A DNA stretch of 64,000 bases from a plasmid: sequence record CP071152.1. The stretch is one strand, 5' to 3'. Below, in pieces: positions 42,167-51,503 of this stretch. A program made the position numbers and the translations under genes. The notes under the pieces were generated by a model. That model worked only from the letters and a program-made list of their open reading frames with translations. It had not been told where the DNA came from and ran no database searches. Every line of letters starts with the position of its first letter. Position 1 is the first letter of the stretch.

Positions 42167-43230
42167 CTAGCAGCGATGCGAAAGAGCGGGTAGCTCGGCT
42201 TCAACGCAAACTGGCAAACAGGGAACCACTGACGGTGTGTTCACTGTTCCATGGAGGCGGTGTACTTGACACAGCTATGCACGCAGGACTGGCACGTTCT
42301 GGAATTGATAGCTACTGTAAAGTGGCTGTGGAACTTGAAGGGAAATATCTGGACAGTTCCTTGCAGAATAACCCCCAGTTATTCCGTAACGATAGCGTTT
42401 TATTCGAAGGATCGATCGAACACTTTAATCCCAGAGGTGTGCGAGTAGAGTGCCTTATTGCCGGGATCCCATGTACAGGGGCCTCATTATCAGGAAGAGC
42501 AAAGAACGGCTTGGAATTTGCGGAAGCACATTCCGATGCCGGTCATTTGTTTTATTACTTCCTTAATGCGGTAATTGCCCTTAACCCAGCTATTGTCATA
42601 ATTGAAAACGTTTTGCCATATTCTGCTACTGCGTCTATGGCAGTAATTCGCTCAGTTCTACGTTCGCGTGGATATGAGTTGGAAGAAACCAACCTGGATG
42701 CCAGTAAATTTGGATGCTTGGAGAAACGGGAGCGGCTTTGTGTCGTTGCCTCTACCCCAAGTGCCATGACTACCGGTGTGCTGGATAATTTGGTTTCAAC
42801 CAAACAGAAGGAAAGTTGCGTTGGCGATATTCTCGAAGACATCCCCGAGGATTCACCTTTGTGGAGATCATTCGATTACCTCGCTATCAAAGAGCAACGA
42901 GACCTCGCAGCAAAAAAAGGCTTCAAACGGCAACTTATAACTGCTGAATCTGAATCCTACGGAGTTATAGCAAAAGGCTATAACAAGTGTAGGAGCACCG
43001 AGCCGTTTATTGCTCATCCTACCAACCCCAACCTGTCACGGTTGCTAACCCCGCTGGAACATGCACGCGGGAAAGGTGTGCCTCCCTGCGTGATCGACGG
43101 ACTCTCCGATACGGTTGCGCATGAGGTTCTCGGGCAAGGTGTGTGCTGGTTACCGTTCGAGTCTGTAGGCTTTGCCATCGGGACTCATATGCAGGCAGCC
43201 ATGCAACAAACGTCACAAGCCGCAGCGTAA
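42097..43230 (+). CDS. DNA cytosine-5 methyltransferase (Dcm-like); first 23 codons derived from the IS5-like terminus
   Basis: Motif I is LFHGGGVLD, motif IV is GIPCTG (P-C dipeptide) and motif VI is ENV, with a C-terminal target-recognition region. The ORF starts [24 protein letters not shown], which is encoded by the IS5-like right end. Confidence 0.85.
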   Translation: MMNPFSWLQMTNMISYQGLVRTFPSSDAKERVARLQRKLANREPLTVCSLFHGGGVLDTAMHAGLARSGIDSYCKVAVELEGKYLDSSLQNNPQLFRNDSVLFEGSIEHFNPRGVRVECLIAGIPCTGASLSGRAKNGLEFAEAHSDAGHLFYYFLNAVIALNPAIVIIENVLPYSATASMAVIRSVLRSRGYELEETNLDASKFGCLEKRERLCVVASTPSAMTTGVLDNLVSTKQKESCVGDILEDIPEDSPLWRSFDYLAIKEQRDLAAKKGFKRQLITAESESYGVIAKGYNKCRSTEPFIAHPTNPNLSRLLTPLEHARGKGVPPCVIDGLSDTVAHEVLGQGVCWLPFESVGFAIGTHMQAAMQQTSQAAA

Positions 43231-43327
43231 ACCTGCTGGCCATCTGAGTGACCCATTCGTGGGTCACTTTTATTTGTTCCCTCGGGAATGGAGCCTTAGG
43301 GCATGAAGTAATGATAAGGAGCAATCA

Positions 43328-43822
43328 ATGAACGTCAGCACAATGGATACTGTCAGGACAATGGCAATCACCCATATGTCGTATGAAACCAAAAGATATA
43401 CTGAGGCGGATTATGACACTGCTGTTGAATACAGCGTGATGAACATCATGGACGAGGAATATCTGTTTAGCCTTCATCTAGGTGAGTTTGAGGTGCTGGT
43501 GGAAATTGACACTAGCCTTACCAAAACATCACATTTCTACATCTTGCAAGAGTACGGCAACCGCCACGAGCATGATGTGGAAAAAGGTGATTGCACTTCG
43601 TTCAAACGGGCCATCCGTGCCACTGTGTTTGCTCGAAAAAGCAAACTGCAATTTGATGTCAATCATTTTGACCCTGATGAAATTGCACTCAATGAAATAT
43701 TGGCTGGTTGGAGCAATGCGTGTCATAGAGCTGGGGAAGTGTTCGCTGTTAATCCACAGCGCCTTTCACACCTTTTTGATGCCGTACACTCCGCTTACCA
43801 TGCCTGTCAGAAAAAACAGTAA
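43328..43822 (+). CDS. Hypothetical 164-aa protein downstream of the C5-methyltransferase
   Basis: ORF with a reasonable SD region (AAGGAG ~8 nt upstream). No Vsr or clear nuclease motif recognised. Confidence 0.45.
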   Translation: MNVSTMDTVRTMAITHMSYETKRYTEADYDTAVEYSVMNIMDEEYLFSLHLGEFEVLVEIDTSLTKTSHFYILQEYGNRHEHDVEKGDCTSFKRAIRATVFARKSKLQFDVNHFDPDEIALNEILAGWSNACHRAGEVFAVNPQRLSHLFDAVHSAYHACQKKQ

Positions 43823-43929
43823 TAGCGTTTAACCCTCCGCAGCAATCACCCTGAATTAAACGGGTGATTCGCCTGCTTTAAATATAAATCCTTCGGGATC
43901 ATGAGCCCTTTGGGCAAGGAAACATTATC

Positions 43930-44307
43930 ATGTGTATCGCAAAATATTCTCAATTAAATCCAGAAACCCTGCTTAGCTTTGGTGGCACTGCTACCATTTC
44001 GCCGGAACTTGCAAAAGCAATAAAGTATCAGCGTCGCTGCACGCTCGATACTGAGCAGCAGATATTCCGTGAGGGTGATGGTTTTGAATATAAGGTTGAT
44101 ATGACGAAAAATCTGGTCACGTTGTTGAAAGGTACAATTTGCACTGCCGACAACACAGGCTTCGTTAATATTAAATCTGCCCCAATGAAGGGCTATTCTG
44201 TAGTGGAAGTGGTTAAGTTCAACGATGCGCCTGCGAATACCTCCGCAAGTGGCAAGTTGTTCCGTGACCTGCGTTCACTGGCAGAAATAACCGGACTTAT
44301 TTTCTAA
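43930..44307 (+). CDS. Hypothetical 125-aa protein
   Basis: ORF followed by a strong terminator. No recognisable domain. Confidence 0.45.
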   Translation: MCIAKYSQLNPETLLSFGGTATISPELAKAIKYQRRCTLDTEQQIFREGDGFEYKVDMTKNLVTLLKGTICTADNTGFVNIKSAPMKGYSVVEVVKFNDAPANTSASGKLFRDLRSLAEITGLIF

Positions 44308-44313
44308 CTTACA

Positions 44314-44352
44314 AGGCCACTCACCCACATCGGGATGCGTGGCCTTTTTTTT
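44314..44352 (+). terminator. Rho-independent terminator (GGCCAC...GTGGCC + T8)
   Basis: GC-rich stem with a run of eight T, directly after the 43930-44307 ORF. Confidence 0.7.
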
Positions 44353-44622
44353 GGCCTTCGCTTTCCTAACCGATTTTTTTAACCATTCGCATACAAACCT
44401 GAACACCAATGACTGGATATTGCCAATTATTTATACGCGGGAAGCAAAATAGTTATTGGCTTACTTAATTATTTTTAAACGCCGTTTACTCCGAGTGAAT
44501 AACTTGGTAGTTTTATAATAGAAATGGCCTTTAGGAGTGACGTTCTTGTTGAGACCAGGTATTGCTGTTCTTGCCTTTATTCTGCCCATGGCCAGCGGAC
44601 TATGGACAGCCAAGCAAGCCCA

Positions 44623-46011
44623 CATGTACAGAACCTTAAGCGGCAAGCGAATTAATAATACCGTCTAACGTGTTGTTTTGCTTGGATTTTCTCTGCCTAC
44701 TCTTTTTGCCGTTTTTGGATAAATACACCATTGCCCACTCCAACTTCTCTGTTATTTCCTGCCACGCACCATGGATGATGCTCGCCAATATCGGCATTAA
44801 CCAAAGCGCGCTGTTTTTGGCAATCTTCAGCATCGATAACTCCGCGCTGCCAATCAGCGTCAGCGCCAGCCGACGTTTGACCAGCAAGGCCAGCAAACTA
44901 GCCCAGATCAAGCCTTCCGCTATCGCTTTTTGTCGTGTCGCGAACGCCTTCAACCGGTTATGTGATTTCAGCTCTTTGAACAACAGTTCGATCTGCCAAC
45001 GGCAACGATACAATGCCATCACCTTCTCGGCTGGCCATCGCTCACGCGGAAGATTGGTCATCCATATACAGAACCGTTTTTCCTCTGCAAACCAACGTCT
45101 TATGAGTCGATATTTATACTTTCCCGAACTCACATCCAGATCCAGAACCTCGGCTCTGCAGCTTCTCCGATCGATATCCTTGAGCTTTTTTCCGAGTAAC
45201 TTGGGCATTTCCCTGCCGTCCTGTCGGTAAGCTGCCTGTACTTTGGGATTGAGATTTTGACTCCCTCTGACCAGATAGCTTCCTTTGGCTTTGGTCACAT
45301 CAGCAAAGTACTCGCGGCTGATGTAACCGGCATCCGCCAATAACAGTTTGTTATTTAACGAATTTGCGGCCGGAAGATGCTTGCGCTCCGATTCGGTATC
45401 CGCCGTGATACTCATCGATATCGGCGACTGGTCCAGCAAGGACATGGTCATATGACACTCTACCGCAGCGGGGCTGTGCTTATTGAATCGGCCCGGGAAA
45501 TGTTCTGCCAATTGCGGATGTAACGCGAATGACGACCCGTCCTGCAGCAGTACCTGCTCAAAGCCTGCCAGTCCGTGGGCGTCCGGTAGACACTCCTTGA
45601 GGCGTAAGGCGATGGCTCGTTCAACCAGTGCGCGCATGAACAAGGGAAAACCCTGCTTGCGTAACTGGTTGTGAAAGGGTTTATACGCTATTTGATCAGT
45701 ATCATGGAGCTGCAACGCATTGAAATGGCGATGCAAACCAGCAATACCATCCACCTTGTCGCAACCAAGCCCTGAGAGCAGAGCCGGGAGTAGTCTCGCA
45801 GGCTGGATATCCCGGAGTCGCTGACAAAAACCGGTAAATTTACCGATCCGGTTGAGTTCAGAAGAGCTAAGAAGTTGCTTGAGGTACTGGGTTGCATTGA
45901 TAATAGTCATGGCTTCGGGCGTGTCGGTTTTTTTTTGCGATTAAATCAGATCACAAACGAAGCCTTTTTTCTATCTATTTCAATTGGTTGTAGCTAAAGA
46001 TCCTGTACATG
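44623..46011 (-). mobile_element. IS4-family insertion sequence copy 1 (1389 bp; termini CATGTACAG...CTGTACATG)
   Basis: Terminal inverted repeats CATGTACAG(A/G)(A/T)(C/T)C are shared with copy 2. A single transposase ORF is present. No target duplication is visible. Confidence 0.8.
44636..45910 (-). CDS. IS4-family DDE transposase (424 aa)
   Basis: DDE_Tnp_1-type transposase with conserved LLLADAGY and RWQIELLFKELKSHNRL regions. Confidence 0.85.
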   Translation of the reverse strand: MTIINATQYLKQLLSSSELNRIGKFTGFCQRLRDIQPARLLPALLSGLGCDKVDGIAGLHRHFNALQLHDTDQIAYKPFHNQLRKQGFPLFMRALVERAIALRLKECLPDAHGLAGFEQVLLQDGSSFALHPQLAEHFPGRFNKHSPAAVECHMTMSLLDQSPISMSITADTESERKHLPAANSLNNKLLLADAGYISREYFADVTKAKGSYLVRGSQNLNPKVQAAYRQDGREMPKLLGKKLKDIDRRSCRAEVLDLDVSSGKYKYRLIRRWFAEEKRFCIWMTNLPRERWPAEKVMALYRCRWQIELLFKELKSHNRLKAFATRQKAIAEGLIWASLLALLVKRRLALTLIGSAELSMLKIAKNSALWLMPILASIIHGAWQEITEKLEWAMVYLSKNGKKSRQRKSKQNNTLDGIINSLAA

Positions 46012-46066
46012 ACAGGTCACTGCAGCGGCCAAACTGTTGCCACATCTCAGTTCAGGAGGAAACGCA

Positions 46067-46438
46067 ATGACTCAGGAAAGGATCCAGACCCGCTACCCAC
46101 TCGGCGGCCCCTTCGCCACCCAGGCTGAGCTGGAGCAGGCCATCACCCAGGCCATAACGACCCACAGACAAGATTTCTTCCCTCTGCTGGAACGGCTGGT
46201 GGACGTGGGGGACACCCGGGTCAACCTCAGTCAGGAGAACCCGCTGCGGGTGCTCAGCATCGAACTCGCTGACGGCCGTGAAGGAGTGGCCCATATCAAC
46301 TACGAGTCCAACTTCGCCGAGAGCTGCCTGATTATCAACGAATACGACCAGCACCAGACCAGCCTGGCCTTTCGCCTCGACGGGGATGCACTTATCTTCG
46401 ACGTCGAACTGCCGATCGCGTGGAATTTCAATAACTGA
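46067..46438 (+). CDS. Hypothetical protein (123 aa from MTQERIQTRY) trapped between the two inverted IS4-family copies
   Basis: ORF in the 642-bp segment between the two IS copies. No recognisable domain. Confidence 0.4.
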   Translation: MTQERIQTRYPLGGPFATQAELEQAITQAITTHRQDFFPLLERLVDVGDTRVNLSQENPLRVLSIELADGREGVAHINYESNFAESCLIINEYDQHQTSLAFRLDGDALIFDVELPIAWNFNN

Positions 46439-46653
46439 AGATTCAGCGGTGTAATGCCGCCTGGTTGCTACACCCGGTCAGCCAGCTCCCCTCACCCTAA
46501 CCCTCTCCCAAAGGGAGAGGGGATCAGACCGTGCCAACCTCCAGCCGTGGTAGTCACTCCATACTCTGCTGTTATTTCAGGCGCCTGTAATCTTCCCCAT
46601 ATGGCTGTCATCTGAATAGCAATATCCAGCATATAGCCACCATAACCCTCACT

Positions 46654-48038
46654 CATGTACAGGATCTTTAGCGGCAACCAATTGAAATAGATATAAAAAA
46701 GGCTTCGTTTGTGATCTGATTTTATCGCCAAACAAAATCAACACGCGCGAAGCCTATGACTATTATCAACGCTAATTACTATCTGGAGCAACTCTTGGCT
46801 CCCGCCGCACTCGAGCGCATTGCTCGGCTCTGCAAGTTTTGTCTGCGTCAGCGTGCCATTACCCCAGCCATGCTCGTACCTGCACTGCTGCGGGCCATGG
46901 GAGGCGACCAGGTCAATGACATTGCCGGTTTACACCGCCATTTCAATGCCTTGCAACTGGTAAACACCCATCAGGTTTCTTACAAACCGTTTCACAATCA
47001 GCTGCGCAAAGAGAGCTTTGCCCTGTTTATGAAAGCCCTGGTCGAGCGGGCCATCGCCTTGCGTATCGACCATCAACTCAAAGCAGCCTCCCTCGGCGCG
47101 TTCAAGCAGGTGTTACTGCACGATGGCACCTCCTTTGCGGTGCATCGGCGCCTTGCTGCTGATTTTCCCGGCCGGTTCAAGACCATCAGTCCGGCAGCTA
47201 TCGAGTGCCATATGACCATGTCACTGTCGGAGCAGAGCCCGTTGTGCATGAGTGTGTCTGCCGATACCGCAGGGGAACGGCAATTTCTGCCTGAAGCCCA
47301 CACGCTGACCAACTGCCTGCTGCTGGCTGACGCAGGTTACATTGACAGGGCTTGGTTTGAGCAGGTGAACGACGCTGGCGGATTTTATCTGGTGCGCGGC
47401 ACGAAAAGCCTGAACCCCAAGATAATCCAAGCCTGGCGCGGTGATGGACGGGAAGTACCCAAGCTGGCGGGACTATCTCTGAGAGAGGCCGGACGGCGAC
47501 GCTGTCGGGCCGAGGTACTGGATATGGTGGTGAAGTCCGGCCAGGTCGAGTACCGGTTGATCCGGCGCTGGTTTGCTGAGGAAAAGCGGTTCTGTCTGTG
47601 GATGACGAACCTACCGCGAGCAGCATGGTCAGCAGAGCAGGTGATGAGCCTGTATCGCTGCCGTTGGCAGGTGGAGTTGTTATTTAAAGAGTGGAAATCG
47701 CACAACCGGCTCAAGGGGTTTGTGACGGGCGAGAAAGCGATTGCCGAGGGGGTTGGTGTGGACGAGCCTGCTGTCGCTGGTGATGAAGAGACGGGTCGCG
47801 CAGAGTGTGATGAGTGGGGCGCTATCGATGCTGAAAGCGTCGAAGAACAGTGCGACGTGGTGGCTACCGCTATTGGAAGCAGTGGCCCATAGGGCGCTGA
47901 CAGAAATAAGGGAAAGATTGGAATGGGCTGCCGATTATTTGGCCAAGAACGCCTGCCGAACCAAGCAGAGAAAGTCGATACAGAACAGGACCTTGGAAGG
48001 CGTTTTAAATGGACTCGCCGCTTAAGGTCCTGTACATG
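46654..48038 (+). mobile_element. IS4-family insertion sequence copy 2 (1385 bp), inverted relative to copy 1 and diverged (~65 percent aa identity by eye)
   Basis: Same terminal repeats (CATGTACAGGATC / GGTCCTGTACATG). Confidence 0.75.
46756..48025 (+). pseudogene. IS4-family transposase gene split by a frameshift near codon 330 (ORFs 46756-47892 and 47741-48025)
   Basis: The two ORFs together reconstitute a transposase collinear with copy 1. The frame changes in the region 47740-47890. This is either a genuine frameshift or a sequencing error. Confidence 0.7.
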
Positions 48039-48049
48039 AGCAAGCCCAT

Positions 48050-49531
48050 ATGAACGAACTCATCCAGCTCAGCGAGACAGCTGGCGCACGCTCTGTTGAG
48101 CTCGTAGACGACCTCATTGATTTTGCCTCTCAGGCCAACCAGGCGGCCCTGCTTCACCGCGACCTTTCATGCGATCTAGCGTTCCCTGAGCTTCGTTCCA
48201 TCGCCGCCTTCAAACCATTCTTGTCGTCGGTCAACCTGGTCAAGGAGGGGAGGAGCGTCAACTGCTCATCATTGCTGGGCTCAACGCAACTCACCGACGT
48301 AGGGGCCTTCACCGGCGGGCAGCTCTCGCTCGTATCAGGAGGGTTTGTTCGGTCCAATGTGCCCCTCTTGATCGTGCGCAGCACCAAGAGCACCACTGCC
48401 GCGCTTGCCGTGATCGAGGGGTCAACCATTCAATACATGTTGAAGCTGACCGGTAGCCGTACACAGGGCTGGCTGCACATCGGTAATGCCTGGCTCGATG
48501 CCAACGGCGAATATCGCACGACTCCCCCGCTTACTACCTATTCCACGATTTCCACCACGGACTCTAAGAAATACCCCTATGCCGTTCACACCGGCGTGAA
48601 CACCACCGCCTCTTGGTATGAGGTAATGGAGGACCAACGCTACCTGTTGCAAACCTGCCTGCTCCTCTCGTTGTTGCTCGCTGGGGCGGTGTACAGCAGC
48701 GTCGGCAGACCCAGATCTCTCTACACAGAGTTGGCGCATGGGTTGCGGGCGGCGGAGTTTGTGCCCTATTTCCAACCCATCATGGACCGCGACGGTAAGC
48801 GGATCATCGGCACCGAAGTGCTGATGCGCTGGCAGCGCCCATCTGGGGTACTGATCCGCCCTGACCAGTTCATTCCCCTGGCCGAGGAAAGTGGCCTGAT
48901 CTGCGACATGACGGTACAGATGATGAGGAAGGTCGCTGACCTGCTGGTGTGTCGTATCGAACTGCTGCCCAAGGGCTTTCATGTGGCCTTCAATATCAGC
49001 GCCACGCATTGCAAAGACAATGCGCTGCTGCATGAATGTACCCGCTTCCTGAGTCGCTTCCCGACCGGTTCTGTACAGCTGGTGCTGGAACTGACCGAGC
49101 GGCAGTTGTTCATGGATGATGACCACGTTCTCACCTTGTTCAAGCGACTAAATGAACTAGGCGTGAAACTGGCCATAGACGATTTCGGCACCGGCAATTC
49201 CACTCATGCCTATCTACAATCCTTCCACATTGATTTCCTCAAGATTGATCGCTCCTTTGTAAACCTCATCGGCAAGGAAAGCGTGTCGAGCCACATCATC
49301 GAAAACCTCATAGATTTGGCCAACCGGCTGAACCAGGTGATTGTGGCGGAAGGCGTGGAGACCCGTGAACAGGCTGAGTATCTGGCCAGCAGAGGTGTCC
49401 ACCTCTTGCAGGGGTATCTGTTCGGTAAGCCAGTTCCGTTTGATGTGTTCATCAAGGAGCACAATCTGACGGATCTGTACTCATCGGGCCGGGCCTCGGA
49501 AAGGGTGCTTAACCAAGCTACGCCTGCGTAA
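48050..49531 (+). CDS. CSS-motif domain / EAL-domain c-di-GMP phosphodiesterase, apparently 5'-truncated by the IS4-family insertion
   Basis: The periplasmic CSS-motif region is RSVNCSSLLG. One TM helix is present (LLQTCLLLSLLLAGAVYS). The EAL domain shows ELTER, DDFGTG, and a glutamate in AEGVET. The N-terminal TM1 expected for this family is missing and the ORF starts 11 bp after the IS end. Confidence 0.75.
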   Translation: MNELIQLSETAGARSVELVDDLIDFASQANQAALLHRDLSCDLAFPELRSIAAFKPFLSSVNLVKEGRSVNCSSLLGSTQLTDVGAFTGGQLSLVSGGFVRSNVPLLIVRSTKSTTAALAVIEGSTIQYMLKLTGSRTQGWLHIGNAWLDANGEYRTTPPLTTYSTISTTDSKKYPYAVHTGVNTTASWYEVMEDQRYLLQTCLLLSLLLAGAVYSSVGRPRSLYTELAHGLRAAEFVPYFQPIMDRDGKRIIGTEVLMRWQRPSGVLIRPDQFIPLAEESGLICDMTVQMMRKVADLLVCRIELLPKGFHVAFNISATHCKDNALLHECTRFLSRFPTGSVQLVLELTERQLFMDDDHVLTLFKRLNELGVKLAIDDFGTGNSTHAYLQSFHIDFLKIDRSFVNLIGKESVSSHIIENLIDLANRLNQVIVAEGVETREQAEYLASRGVHLLQGYLFGKPVPFDVFIKEHNLTDLYSSGRASERVLNQATPA

Positions 49532-49646
49532 AGAGGGGCTTTGACCGCGGTCGATCTCCTCCGAGGACGGTGAGGCCTGCTTGCACGCTGCGGCTGCTCG
49601 CCCACCGTGATATACTGGATATAAACCCAGTAATCAGTGTCCCGTC

Positions 49647-50060
49647 ATGACCTCAAGTGAACATCCCCTTTTGCCTTTGCCCCTCTTTGCAGATCGGGTC
49701 AGTTGCGGGTTCCCCAACCCCTGTTCGACATTTTCCGATCACTCAATTGACCTCAATCAGCTCTGTGTTCGTTCTCCTGCCTCGACGTTTTTCGTCCGGG
49801 CATCTGGCGACAGCATGAGGGATAAGGGGATCCTGGACGGCGACCTACTCATCATCGATCGCTCCGTGTCCGCCGTGGATGGCGACATTGTCCTGGCCGT
49901 GCTCGATGGCGAGTTCACCGTTAAGTGCCTCCAGACCAAGCCCTGCCCTGCCCTGGTGCCCGCCAATCCCGCGTACTCCACCATCTATCTGACCGAGGAA
50001 ATGGACTTCCAGGTGTGGGGGGTGGTGACGTTCGCGCTGCACCAAACGTGGTGCCGATAG
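49647..50060 (+). CDS. umuD: UmuD-like S24 peptidase (translesion synthesis accessory protein; UmuD/MucA/RumA family)
   Basis: Ser-Lys dyad region GDSM ... K, with the Cys/Ala-Gly self-cleavage region VSCGFP. 137 aa directly upstream of the Y-family polymerase gene. Confidence 0.85.
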   Translation: MTSSEHPLLPLPLFADRVSCGFPNPCSTFSDHSIDLNQLCVRSPASTFFVRASGDSMRDKGILDGDLLIIDRSVSAVDGDIVLAVLDGEFTVKCLQTKPCPALVPANPAYSTIYLTEEMDFQVWGVVTFALHQTWCR

Positions 50061-50061
50061 G

Positions 50062-51342
50062 ATGGGACAGAAGTTGATCGCGCTGGTGGAGCTAAACTCA
50101 GCCTATTGCGAGATGGAGCGCCTCTTCCGTCCAGATCTCAAAGGACGAGCGATTGTAGTCTTGTCGTCTTCGGATGGTTGCGTTGTATCGCGTTCTGCCG
50201 AAGCCAAGAAGCTGGGCGTCAAGATGGGCGAGGTTTATTTCAAGATTCGAGAGTGGTATGAGCACCAGGGCGGCGTGGCATTTAGTTCAAATTTCACGTT
50301 GTATGGAGACCTTTCAGCCAGATTCATGGCCATTCTCAGTACAATGACCTACCAATGTGTCCCTTATTCAGTCGATGAAGCTTGGGTAACGATTGACACC
50401 GCTTGGGCTGGTGATCCCACGGAGTATGGCCGCGCCATCCGGGCCAAGGTGCTGCAATGGATCGGGCTCAGCTCGGGAGTTGGCATTGGCCCTACGAAAG
50501 TTATTGCAAAGCTAGCCAGTGCCGCCAGCAAGCGGTGGCCCAAGACCGGGGGGGTCGTGGATCTCAGCGACCCCGCCCGCCTGGCAAAGCTGATGGCGAT
50601 CACCCCCGTCGATGAAGTATGGGGCATTGGCCGCAAGCTATCCGCAAAGCTGGTGGACCAGGGCATCCGAACAGCGGCGGACCTCGCCGCAGCCGACCCA
50701 AAGATCCTGCGACGGCGCTATGGGGTGCTCGTGGAGCGCACGGCACTGGAGCTGCGGGGGATCCCCTGCGCAGGCCTGGAGGAGATGGTCAAGTGCAGGC
50801 AGCAAGTCATCGTGTCACGCACCTTCGGTGAGCGGATTTCGAACAGGGACGTTATGCGCCAATCCCTCGCCGTGTTCATCGAGTTGGCGACAGAGAAATT
50901 GAGGCGCGAAGGAGTCTGTTGTCAGCACATCAGCATCTTCATGCAGACAAGCATGTTTGACACCAAAGGGCCGCAATACGCCAATCAGGCAAGCACCGGC
51001 CTGGTCGTGCCAACTGATGACCCCCGTGTGTTGCTGGCCACCCTTGAACCCCTGCTCACCGGCACATGGCGTGATGGCTACCCGTTCAGCAAAGCAGGCA
51101 TCATGCTCTCTGACATCCAGCCAAAGGGCCTACGTCAGGGCGATCTGTTTGCAGCGGACCACATCGACCCCCGCCGCGAGGCCCTGATGAATGTGGTCGA
51201 CGCCATCAATCACAGCGGCAAGCTGGGGAAGGTGTACTTCGCCGCCCGGGGCCATCGAGACCTGTCCTCCATGATCAAGCGTGAGCGGTTGAGCCCCAGG
51301 TACACTACCAACCTGGCGGAATTGCCGGTAGTTAAGGCTTAA
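50062..51342 (+). CDS. umuC: UmuC-like Y-family DNA polymerase (Pol V catalytic subunit; UmuC/MucB/RumB family)
   Basis: The N-terminal motif LIALVELNSAYCEMERLFRPDLKGRAIVVLSSSDG and SVDEAW carry the catalytic Asp/Glu. 426 aa. Confidence 0.9.
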   Translation: MGQKLIALVELNSAYCEMERLFRPDLKGRAIVVLSSSDGCVVSRSAEAKKLGVKMGEVYFKIREWYEHQGGVAFSSNFTLYGDLSARFMAILSTMTYQCVPYSVDEAWVTIDTAWAGDPTEYGRAIRAKVLQWIGLSSGVGIGPTKVIAKLASAASKRWPKTGGVVDLSDPARLAKLMAITPVDEVWGIGRKLSAKLVDQGIRTAADLAAADPKILRRRYGVLVERTALELRGIPCAGLEEMVKCRQQVIVSRTFGERISNRDVMRQSLAVFIELATEKLRREGVCCQHISIFMQTSMFDTKGPQYANQASTGLVVPTDDPRVLLATLEPLLTGTWRDGYPFSKAGIMLSDIQPKGLRQGDLFAADHIDPRREALMNVVDAINHSGKLGKVYFAARGHRDLSSMIKRERLSPRYTTNLAELPVVKA

Positions 51343-51386
51343 CGCTTATTGGCTTTCCGGCTCAATGGTGGTTCATCGCCAGAAAG

Positions 51387-51426
51387 ACAAAGGCCACCCG
51401 AACGATACGAGTGGCCTTTATTTAAT
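51387..51426. terminator. Bidirectional rho-independent terminator between umuC and traG (AAAGGCCAC-14nt-GTGGCCTTT)
   Basis: 9-bp stem with a T-tract on the plus strand and an A-tract on the other side. It lies between convergent genes. Confidence 0.7.
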
Positions 51427-51503
51427 TCCCAGCGATGACTGGATTACTATCTGTGACTTCTCCCCGCCGCTGCGAGGGCGAGGCCCCCAGTTCTAAGTGG
51501 GAA

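Noticed and set aside
43328-43822. Vsr (very-short-patch repair endonuclease) downstream of the Dcm-like methyltransferase
   Set aside because: The 164-aa protein lacks the conserved Vsr motifs I would expect (e.g. the FVDGCFWHG-type block), so it is left as hypothetical.
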